This document shows, in pieces, positions 13,570 through 26,954 of a stretch of 57,185 nt of DNA (position 1 is its first letter; each line of letters opens with the position of its first letter). Source of the stretch: Ancylonema sp. (lineage: Eukaryota); NCBI GenBank assembly GCA_050230475.1, contig JBFLGF010000164.1, forward strand, positions 1-57,185, in the 5' to 3' direction. A program made the translations under genes and the position numbers. Under the pieces are notes generated by a model. It did not search any database. It was not told the DNA's origin and worked only from the letters and a program-made list of their open reading frames with translations.

Positions 13570-14010
13570 CTTCATGAAGCTAACGTAGTCAAGGAAAGTC
13601 TGCGGGGGGTTCTGCACCAAAATGATCTCTTGCCTAAGATCTGGCTTGAGCTTCTCAAAGTAAGTGTAGATCAGAGGGTGGTCTCCTCACCCCGCAAACC
13701 CCCTAACCAAAGCTCTAAACTTGGTTGTAAAGACCTGAACATTGCCGGTCTAGCGCAGCTCACGAAGGTGTCGCCCCTGTGTCAAGGTGGAGTCAGCATC
13801 CCCAAAGGCCTCCTTCAGGCCAGCTAGCATGCGCTCCAGAGTGTAGCCTGGCGGCACATGGCCTTGAGCATCGAAGAGCTGGAGAAACCAGGCGTGGGCT
13901 GCACCAGCCAGCCTGGATCCGAAGAAGTTGATGTTGCGTCCCTCATCATGGAATCTGTTAGGTGCCAGAAGTAGGTAATGGCGAACCTCAGATAGGAAAG
14001 CAACCATTTT
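13570..14010 (-). pseudogene. Ty3/gypsy retrotransposon gag (capsid) remnant
   Basis: FLSEVRHYLLLAPNRFHDEGRNINFFGSRLAGAAHAWF...LKEAFGD...LRELR, then after a stop TGNVQVFTTKFRAL...FEKLKPDLRQEI. This is the typical retrotransposon gag pattern, with internal stops. Confidence 0.8.
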
Positions 14011-16023
14011 GGTAGAGTCGCAAGAAAAATTCTCAGGATCGCTGAAAGGATGGTCGGCAGGTGACGTGTCGGATGGAGTCGGTAGACAACTTTTCGACGA
14101 AATCTCATAAAAACTAGAAAATCGACAGATTTTGGGAAAATCTGGAAAACATGACTTTTTGTAGTTTTCTTCGCCGATGATGTTGGCGGATTGTAGTTGA
14201 TGACTTGGCTGCTTTCATGGAGTTTTCAGCGTCTTCATTGGCTTTGGAGTTATCATCTCGTCTCACTTGAGTAGATTGGTGTAGGTTGAGTCCCTACTGA
14301 CCACACAAGAATGTAATTCAAGCACGGTATGTGACTTATCAGCGAAGTTTGCCGTAGCTATTACTCGCCGAAAGCTGAGATGCAATCAACGCAAAGTATT
14401 GGGAGGTCTCAGGAAACAATACCAGGGTTAATCAAGAATCGCTAATCACAACACTTCACAACACGCGACAACTACAGGTGATGGGATTCAGGGCAAATAA
14501 CTACATAATGTCTACAAGGGTTGCAGAAGGATTGATGATTGGTTGCTTCAGAATACGCACACGATAAGGGTCACGATAAATCAAACGTCACGGTGAATGA
14601 ACGATTCACGAATTCAGTAACGGGTGCAGACAATTCAAAGGGTGAATTGTCCGGCTGAGTTTGCACAAAACGGTGCAACAAATATCAAAGGCGATGGGGC
14701 ACACTTGACAATCGATGACAACGATTTAGAATATACGAATTCACAAAAGGAGTTTGTTGAAATTCAGACAGCGTAAACTTACAGCGGAAGCTGGAAGTTG
14801 TGAGCACAAGCTTTGCTCTTAAACAACCGACGCGGCTTTTCGCACGCGGAATATTCTAGATCATATCTTGATCTAAGTCTGAGAAAACTTATCGACTAGA
14901 CATGACATCTGGACTGTCCATTCTAGGATCTTATCTTAGGCACGTGCGACAGCTCACTGAACAGGCTGACATTCTGGAATTAGCTCAGCGCACACTAAGA
15001 ATATTAAAACTCGTCGGAAACACCGATAGGCTAGACTACTCGGAATTAACTTCTGAAAAATGGTACACCGACTTTCTTCGATATACTGAACACGAAAAAA
15101 ATACTAGTTAATTAATCCGAGCTACAATTGACCACTTATAACAACTTCAATTTAGCGGCTAAAATCGACAAAGTATTGGAACTAGCTATATTTTGAGGAA
15201 CTCGTCACAAAAGAATTGATTATTATTCTCGAACGATCTCTAGCGGCATGACACTGTCATGACGCTAGAGATCGATAAGGCGAAACCCTTCTAGATTGAT
15301 CAGAAACCCTTCTAGATTAATACTCTGCTATAAGGAAAGTATTCGATATAACGACTTACTAGAATTAGTACTTTGCTAGAAAAATAATGAAGTACGAAAT
15401 TTGTACGACTCGAAAATAACGCGTGGCGTATTTTCCGAAGTCTAGAATCCAGCAGTCTTCAACAAATAGCTGCATGTCGATTTTGTCGGCGGGAAAACTT
15501 GGGTTGGACCCCACACTCGATTCACGGGTACCGATTCTGTTCCTGTTCACGTTTAGTCCATCGTCGTATTTTGACAACCGGATCCACCAATAACGAGAAC
15601 CCTGTCATCCACGTGTAGCCCAAGTGAATGACTGGTGTATCCTCCAACTGCTGAGTTGGCTATGGATTCAAACGGCAGGTCAGCCGGTCTCCCCCGTGCG
15701 ATGAAATTTCCTGCGGACGGGTCCAGAATGCCTGGAAAGTGACAGAGGGCCCGACGTAAGTGGTTGCACCCTGGGTGGCACGTGGTAACCTCCGAGTGGC
15801 TGCTTTTCCCTGGCAAACGGTGCGAAAAGTTGAAACCAGGGAAGATTCGCCGACGGCTACACAGACGAGGCGTTACCAAACCTCGCCCAGCAACTGCTCC
15901 GAATGGCATGTCTATGGTACGGTAGCTTGGGACGTGGTCCCCGTGGACTGTGGACTATTCCTTCGCTTCGTCGCCTCGCAGGATCGGTAGGATAACAGAT
16001 CTGTTTGTGGAAAAGCTTTCGAG

Positions 16024-17598
16024 ATGGCGAAGGGCGGAAATGGTGGGAATGTGGAGGACAGGCAGCATCTCGCGGGCAACCACGGCGCAGCCGATGTTTC
16101 GATTCCCATATATCGTGCCCGAGGTCTCCCAGATTTTCTTCAGTCCGTAAACTTGAAGCACGTGAAGCTCGGATATCATTATGTCATCACTCATGCGGTC
16201 ACCCTCCTTCTCATCCCGCTCTTCTTATCCGTTGGAGTGGAAGTCATTCGTATGGCTCCCGAGGACGTGTGGCAGCTCTGGGAACATCTGCAGTTCAACC
16301 TTGTATCTGTCGTCATTTGTTCTGCGGCTCTGGTGTTCGGTGCTACCGTCTATCTTATGTCACGCAGTCGGCCAGTGTATCTCGTACATTACTCGTGCTA
16401 CGTGCCAGACGCTTCCAACAAGACGCCGCGTTCGCTATTCATGGACCGATCTGCCACTTCAGGCTTCTTTGATGAGAAGAGTCTTAAGTTTCAGGAGCTC
16501 ATCCTATCCAGATCTGGGCTCGGGGAAGAGACATACCTGCCTGCAGCTGTCCGTGCCGATCCCCCAAACCCCTGCATTTCGGAGGCCCGGAAGGAAGCAG
16601 AGGAGGTCATGTTCGGTGCCCTCGACGAGCTATTCGAGAAGACGCGTGTGAAGCCGAAGGACATCGGCATTCTCATCGTCAACTGCTCCCTCTTCAACCC
16701 CACCCCCTCCATGTCAGCCATGATCGTGAACAGGTATAAAATGAGGGGAAATATAAAATCCCTTAATCTTGGAGGAATGGGCTGTAGTGCTGGCTTGATC
16801 TCCATAGACCTGGCGAAGGATCTACTACAGGTCCACGGGGGAGAGTATGCAATCGTCGTAAGCACAGAAAACATCACGCAGAACTGGTACTTCGGTAACA
16901 AGCGGTCCATGCTGCTCCCGAACTGCCTCTTTAGAATGGGGGGAGCTGCTGTACTGCTTTCGAACAAGGCAAAAGATAGGAGCCGAGCCAAGTACCAGCT
17001 GGTGCACACAGTGCGAACACACAAGGGTTCAGACGACAAATGCTACCGGGTGGTGTATCAGGAGGAGGATGAAGTTGGCAAAGTGGGAGTTTCCCTCTCG
17101 AAGGACCTCATGGCCATCGCCGGGGATGCTCTCAAAACCAATATCACAACTTTGGGTCCGCTGGTACTGCCCCTCTCCGAACAGCTCCTCTTCTTCGTGG
17201 TCCTGGTCGCCCGGAAGGTCTTCAAAATGAAGATCAAGCCGTATATCCCCGACTTCAAGCTGGCGTTTGAGCATTTCTGCATCCACGCTGGCGGCCGTGC
17301 TGTCATTGATGAGCTGGAGAAGAACCTGCAACTGGCACCCCATCATGTGGAGCCTTCCCGCATGGCGCTGTACCGATTCGGGAACACATCCTCTTCTTCC
17401 ATCTGGTACGAGCTTGCATACATCGAGGCCAAGGGCCGCATGAAGAGGGGAGACCGAGTGTGGCAAATCGCTTTTGGCAGCGGGTTTAAGTGCAATAGTG
17501 CAGTGTGGAGGTCGCTGAAAACCATCAAACCAGAAGAAGGCGAGGGTCCTTTTGCAGACTGCATCGATCAGCTGCCGGTAGAGCTCCCCACTTTCTAG
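16024..17598 (+). CDS. KCS: 3-ketoacyl-CoA synthase (FAE1/KCS very-long-chain fatty acid condensing enzyme), 524 aa, single exon
   Basis: [19 protein letters not shown] start, two N-terminal hydrophobic helices, catalytic Cys in LGGMGCSAG, His in [21 protein letters not shown], Asn in [16 protein letters not shown], and [16 protein letters not shown]. Confidence 0.98.
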   Translation: MAKGGNGGNVEDRQHLAGNHGAADVSIPIYRARGLPDFLQSVNLKHVKLGYHYVITHAVTLLLIPLFLSVGVEVIRMAPEDVWQLWEHLQFNLVSVVICSAALVFGATVYLMSRSRPVYLVHYSCYVPDASNKTPRSLFMDRSATSGFFDEKSLKFQELILSRSGLGEETYLPAAVRADPPNPCISEARKEAEEVMFGALDELFEKTRVKPKDIGILIVNCSLFNPTPSMSAMIVNRYKMRGNIKSLNLGGMGCSAGLISIDLAKDLLQVHGGEYAIVVSTENITQNWYFGNKRSMLLPNCLFRMGGAAVLLSNKAKDRSRAKYQLVHTVRTHKGSDDKCYRVVYQEEDEVGKVGVSLSKDLMAIAGDALKTNITTLGPLVLPLSEQLLFFVVLVARKVFKMKIKPYIPDFKLAFEHFCIHAGGRAVIDELEKNLQLAPHHVEPSRMALYRFGNTSSSSIWYELAYIEAKGRMKRGDRVWQIAFGSGFKCNSAVWRSLKTIKPEEGEGPFADCIDQLPVELPTF

Positions 17599-18639
17599 CT
17601 GGAGCCAGCTGGCAGCAGGGGGAGAGGGAAATGTGGGGAGTTTAAACACTGGCTGGTGCAGAGCTTCCTCCACTTTCTGAACCCCCCAGGTTTTTGTTTC
17701 CATCCCCTTCCCTGAGCTCTCTGAGTTTTGTGGGAAGACATTTATAAGACAGGTCTAACTATTTCAGAATAAAAGCAATGTCAGATGTAGGAGGTGAGAT
17801 GTAAGGTTCGGAGGCCAGGGAGAAAGTCAATAAAGTTAGGAATCTGGAGAGCGATGGAAGGCGGTGTCATGCTCGAAGTCGACGGTTGGTTTAGAGGTGT
17901 ACAGATGGAGTGTGATGGTTGTAGTAGTGTTGAGTGGATCGTGAAAGCGGTTCAATCAGCGGTTCCGACCTAATTGTGAGCTCTGAGGAACAATGTAGGG
18001 AACCAGGGGCCAGAGCTATGTTTTCGTGGTTTTTTTTGTGTGAGCAAAATCCTTCCTAGGGAATAATCAGGGATAATCAAATGGGATAATTAGTTTGCCT
18101 GAAATATTTTGCGTTGGCACGATGACAAATTTGGAGGAACATCTGCCAACTTCTCTCTCGGAAATGGAAGTGTCAAGTCTGAAGAAAGACAGTATAAAAT
18201 TAGTGCTCCATGTAGCTCCTCGCTGCATGGAGTATTTTTGCTCCTGCAAAAATATGCTTATGACTTGTGTACATGTCTACACTTCCTCTTTTCCATAAAT
18301 TGCTAGGGTCAACACCGCCGCTCTTCAAACTACTCGTCAGCAAGTTATTCATAATCTTTAGAGATGTTTTCTTGAAACTTCGAACACGACGAGAGAAGTT
18401 GTGCATAGCATGGGGTTTGCTTGGCTCCTCATCCTATTGCGGTGGTATGTAAGAAACACAAGATAGTAGTCACACATCCTTTCTATGACTTGTTTTTAAC
18501 CACTTCGACACCGGAGCGTGGAAAATTTGATTTGAAGGACCTTGATGTTATGCGACCTTGATGAGGTGCATTGTAAGTTGCTCTCACACTCAAGAAAATA
18601 GACCAATGGCTGGACCATACATGAGACCGGTCCACGTGG

Positions 18640-18850
18640 ATCCAAAGTGGTCTTGCTTTGGTCCCGAACGGAAGTGGTCCCGAATTGGTCCAGATTCCCC
18701 CCCCAAAGTTGGGCTCGATCCGATCGGGAAATTTCCGATCCGGCGCCAATCCAGATCGGACCCAATCCGGCCCCGATCCATTCGGAGGCGCCGAACATTA
18801 GGTGACAAACGATGGGGAGGAAATAGTTTATTCAAAGTTGGATCATTAAC
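18640..18850. repeat. GATCC/CCGATC-rich DNA-transposon subterminal relic, related to 54074-54315
   Basis: Shares gttgggc(t/c)cgatccg and tcggaggcgccgaa(c/a)attaggtga with the 54074 copy. Confidence 0.6.
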
Positions 18851-18970
18851 GCTCGTGTCTCGAGCGCGTATTGAGCGCGCTCTGATTGGGCGCGCTTGTT
18901 CCTAATTCATTTTCTATTGCAAATCGATGTGATGCTTCACTTTAGTTTGATTAATCTACTACTAAAGGTA

Positions 18971-19204
18971 TACCGTACTCGCCACACATAATGACCCGGG
19001 TTTTGCGAAATGAATAAATTATAGCTAATGAATCACCGATTGACTCACCCGCGCACCCAATATAAAATTTCTCGAATTCCTGAATTGTGTTTATTATCTC
19101 GTGACCCACATTATTGAATGGCCCACTTTTTACAAAAATAAAAACGATCCGACCCACCCTTTTTTATAATTATTTGAGGATCATTGTTTTTGGTCAGCAC
19201 GGTA
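18971..19204. mobile_element. MITE family 1 copy
   Basis: TA-CCGTACTCGCCACACATAATGACCCG left end and degenerate right end ...TCATTGTTTTTGGTCAGCACGG-TA. Internal similarity to 11932-12173 in the opposite orientation. Confidence 0.8.
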
Positions 19205-19329
19205 TATGTAGTTTAATCCACTTGTTAGTGAATATCGTGTATACAGTCGGTTGAAGTCACTATGAGCCACTATGGGTCGGTTACTATGAGTCGGTTGAAG
19301 TTGTCATATACGTGCTGAATGTCAGCCAA

Positions 19330-19720
19330 AAGGACCGCGATCCGTCTTTGTCCCCAATCTCCGTCCCGAACGAACCCGAGTCCACGAGGTTGGATGATTT
19401 CGGTCCACGCATTCATGTTATGAACTAACATATTTTTTAAATGAAAATCAATACAAAAACGATGGAAAGATGGCGAGTTGTTCACATCTGAACATAACAC
19501 AATGGAAACAATAATCTCGTTTCGATGAGAAGTCTTTGAAGTTCAACGGGAGTTGGGTGCAAACATGTTCAAATGTTTAACTTTGGGAACTCGCACAATT
19601 GCTCGTGTCTCGAGGTTTTTGAAAGTTTGGGACGATAGGCGATAAACATTTGGACGTTCCGAACCGTTTGAACGTTTGAACGTTCCGAACCTTAGCATCT
19701 TGAATTTTAGCGTTTCATTG
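19330..19720 (+). repeat. Dispersed repeat with a diverged copy at about 30985-31380
   Basis: Shared blocks in the same order in both places: cggtccacgcattcatg, gagttgg(g/a)tgcaaacatg, cgtgtctcg and acgataggcga. Confidence 0.7.
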
Positions 19721-21165
19721 CTTCACTTTTAAGAACTCTCGGTATTGTTGTAACATTTGCATACAGAAGAACGCCGCTCTCAACCTTTTCATCACATAAT
19801 GCGTTTACACACATTAAAAAGTATCGGCTTGAACGCAATTTTTTGTTTTATGAACATTTTCACCACTTTTTTTTTGCAATAGCGTTTCGTATGATTCGTG
19901 CGTTTAGTATCGCGTTTTCGTTTCGCGTTTCGTCGCGTATTGCGTTTCTATGTGTTTGACTTTTGTTGCCACAAGATATACATTTCCTCGCAATCAAGAT
20001 TTACGTCTTCGGGACCTCCCTTGTGTTTAGTTTGAAATTTTATTGTGACTTGTTTGAGAATTAGCAAGATATACTACCGTTGTTTCATTGATTGTCGAAT
20101 TTTGTGAATGCATACCGATATCATGTGAACAGTGTCGACATATCATATACGGTAAGTGAGAGTTGGTGGTTAAGGTAGCGACCAACGCTTTACCATTTGG
20201 TTGGTTTGTTATGCACCAACGAAATTATAGCGTTCATAAATATTTAAGAAGCTACCTCTTATCTCCACACATCATCTTTCACACTATCGACACAACGCAA
20301 GTCTTTTTACGGATATCCCCGCAAGTTTCAAATTTGAGAGTGTTTGATCGATCTTTAGTGACATCACCACATCGACTTATCCTCGCGAAAATTCGATTCC
20401 ATTGTTGGTCCCAACCTTACACCAAGTCAATTTCGCGCAGTAATGAATCGAGGTCAATGGTTCGAGAGATGTATGAATTTGTATGCTTGATATCGTGGAT
20501 AAGTTTAAAATTCCAACATAAAATATCGTGCTGCATTGGACTACACACACTACACACTACACACTACACTACACACACTTGATATGATGTGGAAGTTGAC
20601 ACGCGTATCCACAATGTAGGCACGCAGGAACGCATTCTCAAGTATGCACGCCCGAGAGTGAGATGCTAAATGTATTTTCGTCACAAACTTGATTAAGTCA
20701 TTCTTGCAAGTCTTCGAGAAAGACAATCTTGCACGTTCACATAAATCATGTATTTGTATCACACTTATATCTGATCTTCGACAACCACGTGTCTTTTGAT
20801 GTAAATAACTCAACGGCGGCATCTCTAACATCTTTCATACATTATCTAGTCGTTTTGTATAGCGTCACTTATCGATGTTCCGAATTTACAATACGATATT
20901 TCAACCAGATACAAACACGGTGTCGAGGAAAATGTTTTATTTATATTATTTCCTATATATTTTCAACAACAAAATGTCACAAATATAAAATACCAATCAC
21001 TCCATGCCGTTACTATTCTTGGTGCATGTTCTAGCAGGTCTAGATGCAAACGTAGCTTTTTAGCCTATATTTGTTATAGAAACAACCGACAACTCTACAT
21101 ACTACACGGGCGAAAAAATTAGAGACCACAACCTACTTGCAAGACAACACATGCAAGTGTGCTTC

Positions 21166-21513
21166 TCATGTTATTTTTTCTTCGGAAGCGGTACGATTGT
21201 GGACGATGACAAATATTAAGAAAGCGAAAAAAACAAAACCGACGATCACAAGGATTATAAAAGATACCGTATCGTCATCACATATTTGTGACCGATACGA
21301 AAATTCCTTTTTGCAGACAATGCAACACACACGACTGCATCCGCCAACTTTTTCCACGTAGTATTGACACGATGGGCATCGATTCCAACCCTTCCTCTTG
21401 GCGAGTTTATTGAAGGCACGATCTTCGTCCGTCGTTATACGACTGTTAGTCAACGCACTCTCGCCAATACGATTGGTTGAGATATCTACATTGCATAGGC
21501 TCGCGGACGCCAT
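21166..21513 (-). pseudogene. RBR-type E3 ubiquitin ligase fragment (RING2 domain plus C-terminal transmembrane segment)
   Basis: EDRAFNKLAKRKGWNRCPSCQYYVEKVGGCSRVCCIVCKKEFSY matches the plant RBR RING2 pattern (W-x-RCP-x-C...VEK-x-x-GC...C...F-x-Y). It is followed by the hydrophobic VSFIILVIVGFVFFAFLIFVIV. No RING1 or IBR domain was found upstream. Confidence 0.6.
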
Positions 21514-24110
21514 CGCCTGTCGACATATGTAAATGCATGTGGTCCGGTGAGTCTACGAGTATCATTTGACATTTGATTAACCTTGAAACGGTACCCTCAT
21601 GGTTAAACTTTATTGGAACTTCAGGAATTCAACTACTGCATCCCTGATTCTTTTATTATGTCGACATCGTTCCCAAAGCAAAACAAAAACACAACCAATT
21701 CAGTGTCGTACCTTGTTAGGATGGGAACATACATCTGATGAGAACATGAGTGTATTTTCCCGTTAACATACGTTTATCGTTCGTTGTATAACACAATTGT
21801 TTCATCCGATACCACAAATATCACCCTAAGTACCTGTATACATATAGTCAAAACTCACTTCTGCTCGAGGGTGAAAAGCCCTAGCTTTTGTAGCGCCTGA
21901 GCGGTTTAGTTCCAACTTATCTCCTTGCGGAGAAATTTCGGATAACATTTGCAGGATAGTGTCGTTGTCGAATAATTTCCTAAAAGTTGCAAAATCATGG
22001 AGGATAAAATCAGTCATCGTCTATATGAATGAAAGAAACAATCACACCAATCATTTCCATTCACAACAGCTCGTTTCTTCGATTATTTACGTGTTATAGG
22101 ACGAATTGCAACGGCTGAATCCATAAGTTGAGATGAAAATCAGGGGGGGGGAAGGGCAGAACTAAGGCACCAAACGCTACTTTCAAGACCAGCCTTGTAT
22201 AAAACTGAACTGATGTCCATTTTCCCAATAATGTCCAGACAAACAATCACTTAGTGAATAAACTCCTCAACTGGATATGATACTGACCTGCATCCCTATC
22301 CTTTACTAGGGCATGAAACCCGCAAGCTTTGATGTCCAGAAGTCTCATGATGGAGGTCCACCAAAACCCGGAGACACACCGCACAAACGGAATGGTGACA
22401 TCCCCTCGGGCTCTCGTGACTTGTCCGCATACACCAAAATAGGCGTGAGAGCATTCAGATGCGCAGAGTTTTATCGCCTCATGAGCATGCGCGAAATGCT
22501 ATAAAGACGATGATGCACGTCTGAAATTTATGCGTGTCTTCTATCTTGAATCTCGAACCGATAGCGCATGAAATTGCACGCCCACATGCATCTGTATCTT
22601 GTTCCGCCACTGTGAGCATCCTGTTGACACCGGCGTGAATAAGGATACTGCACACTGGAATATGAATACCGTCCGCATCATATATTAGCTGCTGGAAGGC
22701 GTGCAGGCTTGAGCTTGCAGGTAATCTAGATACATACCTCTGAGGAACTCGATGTGTCGAGGCACACCACGGAGTGCTTTCGTCATTCATCGGGAGAAAC
22801 TGATGGTCTTGTTGATGTTGGTAGCGAGCTTGTTGTAACAACTTCTTTCACCTCGACATTCTTCCTCACAGTCATGTTATACTACAATTCAGCTGGTGAA
22901 ATAAAACATTCTGAAAACATTTGTTCTTAGGCCAAGTCCAGGGCACAGAAGTCATAGAATTTTGTGGCTGCTCCATCTGATTGTCAAATTTGAATTAACT
23001 CCAGTCAGTGCAAATGACGGCACATGAACCAGAAATTGAGATTTTTTAGAGATCGGACGGTTCTCCTGTAATCTCGTTCTAAGGCTTTGTTTGCTGGAAT
23101 TGTGTCCACGCGGTGCTCAAATACAGCGGTGAACTGCCACGCCACGCTGCCACGCTGTATGGAGGTGCCACATGTCCGTTTGAAGCTCCAGAGCATGGGC
23201 AGGGATTGACAAACCATCCCTGAAAATACCCGCACTGGGCACCGTAAATGATATTCAATTAATTACTGAAAGCCGAAAGAAATCATTTAAATTGAACTCT
23301 CAGTAGGTCAAAAAAAGATACCCAAAATAATTAATAAAACCCGTTTTAGGAATCATTACGGAAAATTTGGGGTCACCTGGATGTGACCCTATGTGACTCT
23401 AAATGTGATGACACGGGCTACACGACAAACTAGGCACGTGCGAAACAACACCTGTTTGAACGAGCGACATTGACGACGTCAAACTCTACGTTACCGGGCC
23501 CCTGAAGTCCCACGATATGGGAAATTACCGATTAGACGTGCTACACGACAACATCAGACCATGCATAACGACAAAATTGTGGCCGGTCGAGACATCGCGA
23601 CTAGATAGTGTGTGGGGAGCCCGGAGCCCAATGATCCCGGAGCCCAAAAGATCCGGGCTCAATGAGCCCGGAGTCTCAAAGGGATCTATTTCCTCCGGCT
23701 CCGAGCTAAATGTCGGAGCCCATGTCGGAGCGTAAGATCCGGGCTCGGATCCGGGCTCAGATCCGAGCTCGGAGCTCAAAATTTAGAACCTCGTGAAAAA
23801 AACGGGAAAGCAAACGGATCCTACGGCCAGATGAACAAAAATGGTATCAAAGTTCAGCCGCCATCGATCCTCAATGAGGATCATATTTGTGAGTAGTTTT
23901 TTTGCGGATGTGGCTTTAAAAACAAAAAAAAACCATATAATTATACTCTTATTTTATATGTAGAATGGTTGCGACGTGAACCATTATTAGGGTTGTGATG
24001 TAGGTATGACAGTGTAAACATTTGCCCTTCAACTAATCGCTATGTAAAAAAACTCGTGGCTACTATTGCATGATGGGATATCTCCCGAAGGAAATGGCGG
24101 TGATACTGAT

Positions 24111-25326
24111 CATAGTAGCATGCAAACGGCAAAAATCGGCCCGTACGGAGTTTGCCATACGCGGACGTATGGCATACGCTCCATACGGCCAAAATTGTAC
24201 TTAGAAAAAAAATTGCACCCCTCAAAATTGCGGATTCGGGCTCGGCCAGGAATTTGCGGCTTCGGGCTCGGCGAGGAATAATTGGCTGGGTTTCTCGGAC
24301 GGAGGGTGGGGGATGGGGGTACGTCATGGACAAAAGGTGACGTACCTAAGTAATTTCCGATGCGGAACCTTATTACGAGGGTTCGCATGTGGATAAGAAT
24401 GCTACCAAGCTTATCAAAACGATAAGGTAAGGATACCTCTACCAATCGGAATCTCGAACCATCCTCTACACGTGCAAACTGATCTGAAAACCAGATCCCG
24501 AATTATCAGTATTGGCATGTAGAAGGTAAAAATGGCTTGCTCCGTTGGACATATTATATTGAGTGAATAGTTTTGATAATTTTGTGTGTGTTGATGCAGC
24601 TTACTCCGTTCCACATCTCCAAACCATTGCGCGAAGAGCAGCATCACTTGTGAGGAGCGCGGGAGCATGCGAGAGGATTTGGAGTGATTATGGCCTCATT
24701 CATAAAAAGAGGAGGACTAAGTTGACGCCAGCTAGAGCAAATGATATAGTCTATGTATTTACCAATTCGAGGATGATGGCGAAATTTTCTCACCCCGAGA
24801 AGTTTGCGAATTGGGTGGATGAGATGGGAGAGAAGGATAGTGAAATGTAAAATAAAAGATGTGAAGTTGAAGTGGTTTTTTTTTGTAGGGAGAAAAAAAT
24901 GATGATATTACGTAATATTGGAACATTTTTCCCTAAGCAAATCCATTTTGTGGTTGATAATTAATTGATGGAAATCCAGATGTTAAGTACAGAACTTGAA
25001 AGAAAACATGCGGAGAAGAAGGGTGGAAAAGAAAAGAAAAGAAGAGAAGACACGGGAAATAATCTTAAAATATATACTTGCAAGGAAGAGCAATAGAAAA
25101 AGAAGACGGGAAATTTCGAAAATGAAAAAAACGTGAAAAAAAATTGGGAAAAAAAATAAAAAAAAAAAAAAAAACCGTTGTACGGCCGTTTTCCAAACGG
25201 CTGTACAGTGTACGGTCGTATGGAAGTTTGCGTGGACTAGCGTATGGTGTTGCGTCCGTACGGCTAAAAGTTCCGTTTTGACGTTTGGGCGTTTGCAAAA
25301 CGCATACGCGTTTTGATGCTACTATG
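24111..25326 (+). mobile_element. Nested hAT deletion derivative with a transposase C-terminal dimerisation-domain remnant (about 24600-24850)
   Basis: TIRs CATAGTAGCA / TGCTACTATG. Perfect TSD ATACTGAT at 24103-24110 and 25327-25334. PHLQTIARR...SAGACERIWSDYGLIHKKRRTKL...IVYVFTN is the hAT dimerisation signature. Confidence 0.92.
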
Positions 25327-25518
25327 ATACTGATCATGAATATAGGTGTGAATGATGGACAAGACAACAATTTCATTATGTTCAACATTAATAATGGTAG
25401 TGTGCGTTATGCTTGTCAACGATGCGAATACACTGGATGAGATTGCAAAAATCAGCAAAATTAAGGTGGTCTCATACATGACCTATTTATGACATTAGTG
25501 AAAAATGTATTTCACCTC

Positions 25519-26078
25519 CAGTGATGCACTGGGACGGGACCCGTATTCCGTACGGCACGTCTTCCGCACGGGGCTGAGAGCAATCTGCCGTCCCTGTTAA
25601 ATGCATAAATTGTACGGATTTTCTCGCAAACGTCCGGAATACGTCCGTGAAATGCGGCCAACGTGTACGGACTATACAAATGCAAACGTTTGTGATTGCA
25701 AACGTTTAATATACGTCCGTGAAATTCGGCATACGTGTACGGATTTTACGGATGCAAACGTTTGCGTGCATTTTTTTTTTGGCTTTTTGGAAGTTTCACA
25801 AAATACTGGTTACGTTTTAATGGGGAACGTCATGAACCAATAATGACAAGTCTTACAAACTTTCATACTTCAGTTATCGGAAGTGTACTACAGATAGAAT
25901 GAAGGAATAAGCTGCTAACATTTGCAAAATGTTTGCGAATTCGAACGTTTGCAAAACGCTTGCAATTGCAAACGTTTTGCAACCGCCGTTTGCTCTTTTC
26001 GCCGTACGCACGTATTCCGTACGTACGCGTTTGCAGTACGGCGTTTGCGTGCATTTTTGCCGTCCCAGTGCATCATTG
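25519..26078. mobile_element. Nested TIR element (hAT-like MITE)
   Basis: TIRs CAGTGATGCACTGGGACGG / CCGTCCCAGTGCATCATTG, with CGTACGG and GCAAACG subterminal repeats. TSD not preserved. Confidence 0.75.
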
Positions 26079-26162
26079 TGCATCAATAGTTCATGAATAA
26101 TTACTTCACTAACGAACTTTACATGCAGCGATCGCATTTCACTAGAATTAGATACTTCATAG

Positions 26163-26954
26163 CATAGTAGCATTGATACGGGTACGCGTATCGGTATCGG
26201 ATACGGATACGGACGGGGATACGGCAATCTCTCCCGTATCGGGTTTTCGATACGGATTTCTTTTTTCTCCCCCCCCCCCCCCTACCCTTACTTTATACCG
26301 ATTTTTCACATCAGTTTGCATGTTTTTCCCTCTCACGATGAAAATATATCAATCATTCTTTTATTTTTTATTTCATAAAAAAATTATTATCATGTTTATT
26401 CCCCACTTTCAAGTATTCTAAGTTTTTCAAATCTTCCAAGTGTTCAACGTATTTATTCTTTGCCAACATCCAATTCATTATCTCCCCAAGCACATACGCC
26501 AATTCATGTACATGCGCCAATCCATTTATATCGACAAAATGAGTGGAAAGTTTCAATAATCATGTTGAATAAACATGTTGATTCGACGCCATCAACTTGC
26601 CTTCAATCGTTAGATTGCCGGCTTGATGTACAGAGTGATATTCGGGCGTGTCGTGGCTGGCAATCGACCACCTTCCATTCACTTGAATTACCTACATTGC
26701 GACCATTATATGGATGTCCTAGTCCACGTCACTACCGCTACCGGACGGCCCGGTCTAAGGCCTACATGTACGGACATAGGTGAAGATGGAACCAAGAAAA
26801 TATGGAATTTTTTTTTGACGCGGAAATTATTTACCGTATCGGAACCCGGTTTTGCCGTATCGCGGGCAAAAAATGCCGTACCGGCGTACCCGTATCCGTA
26901 TCGGCGTATCCGACGGCGTATCCGGGGGTACCTAGGCGTATCAGTGCTACCATG
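26163..26954. mobile_element. Nested hAT MITE (CATAGTAGCA TIR family)
   Basis: TIRs CATAGTAGCATTGATACG / CGTATCAGTGCTACCATG. TSD CTTCATAG / CTTCATAC (7 of 8 match). GATACG/CGTATC subterminal repeats. Confidence 0.88.

Noticed and set aside
16491..17703. Long antisense ORFs (182 and 224 aa) over KCS
   Set aside because: These are shadow ORFs of a GC3-rich coding sequence with no recognisable domains.
22479..22841. Ubiquitin-like domain (QQLIYDADGI...LIHAG) that might pair with the RING2 fragment in a Parkin-like gene
   Set aside because: The similarity is weak, and no exon chain or RING1/IBR linking the two could be built.
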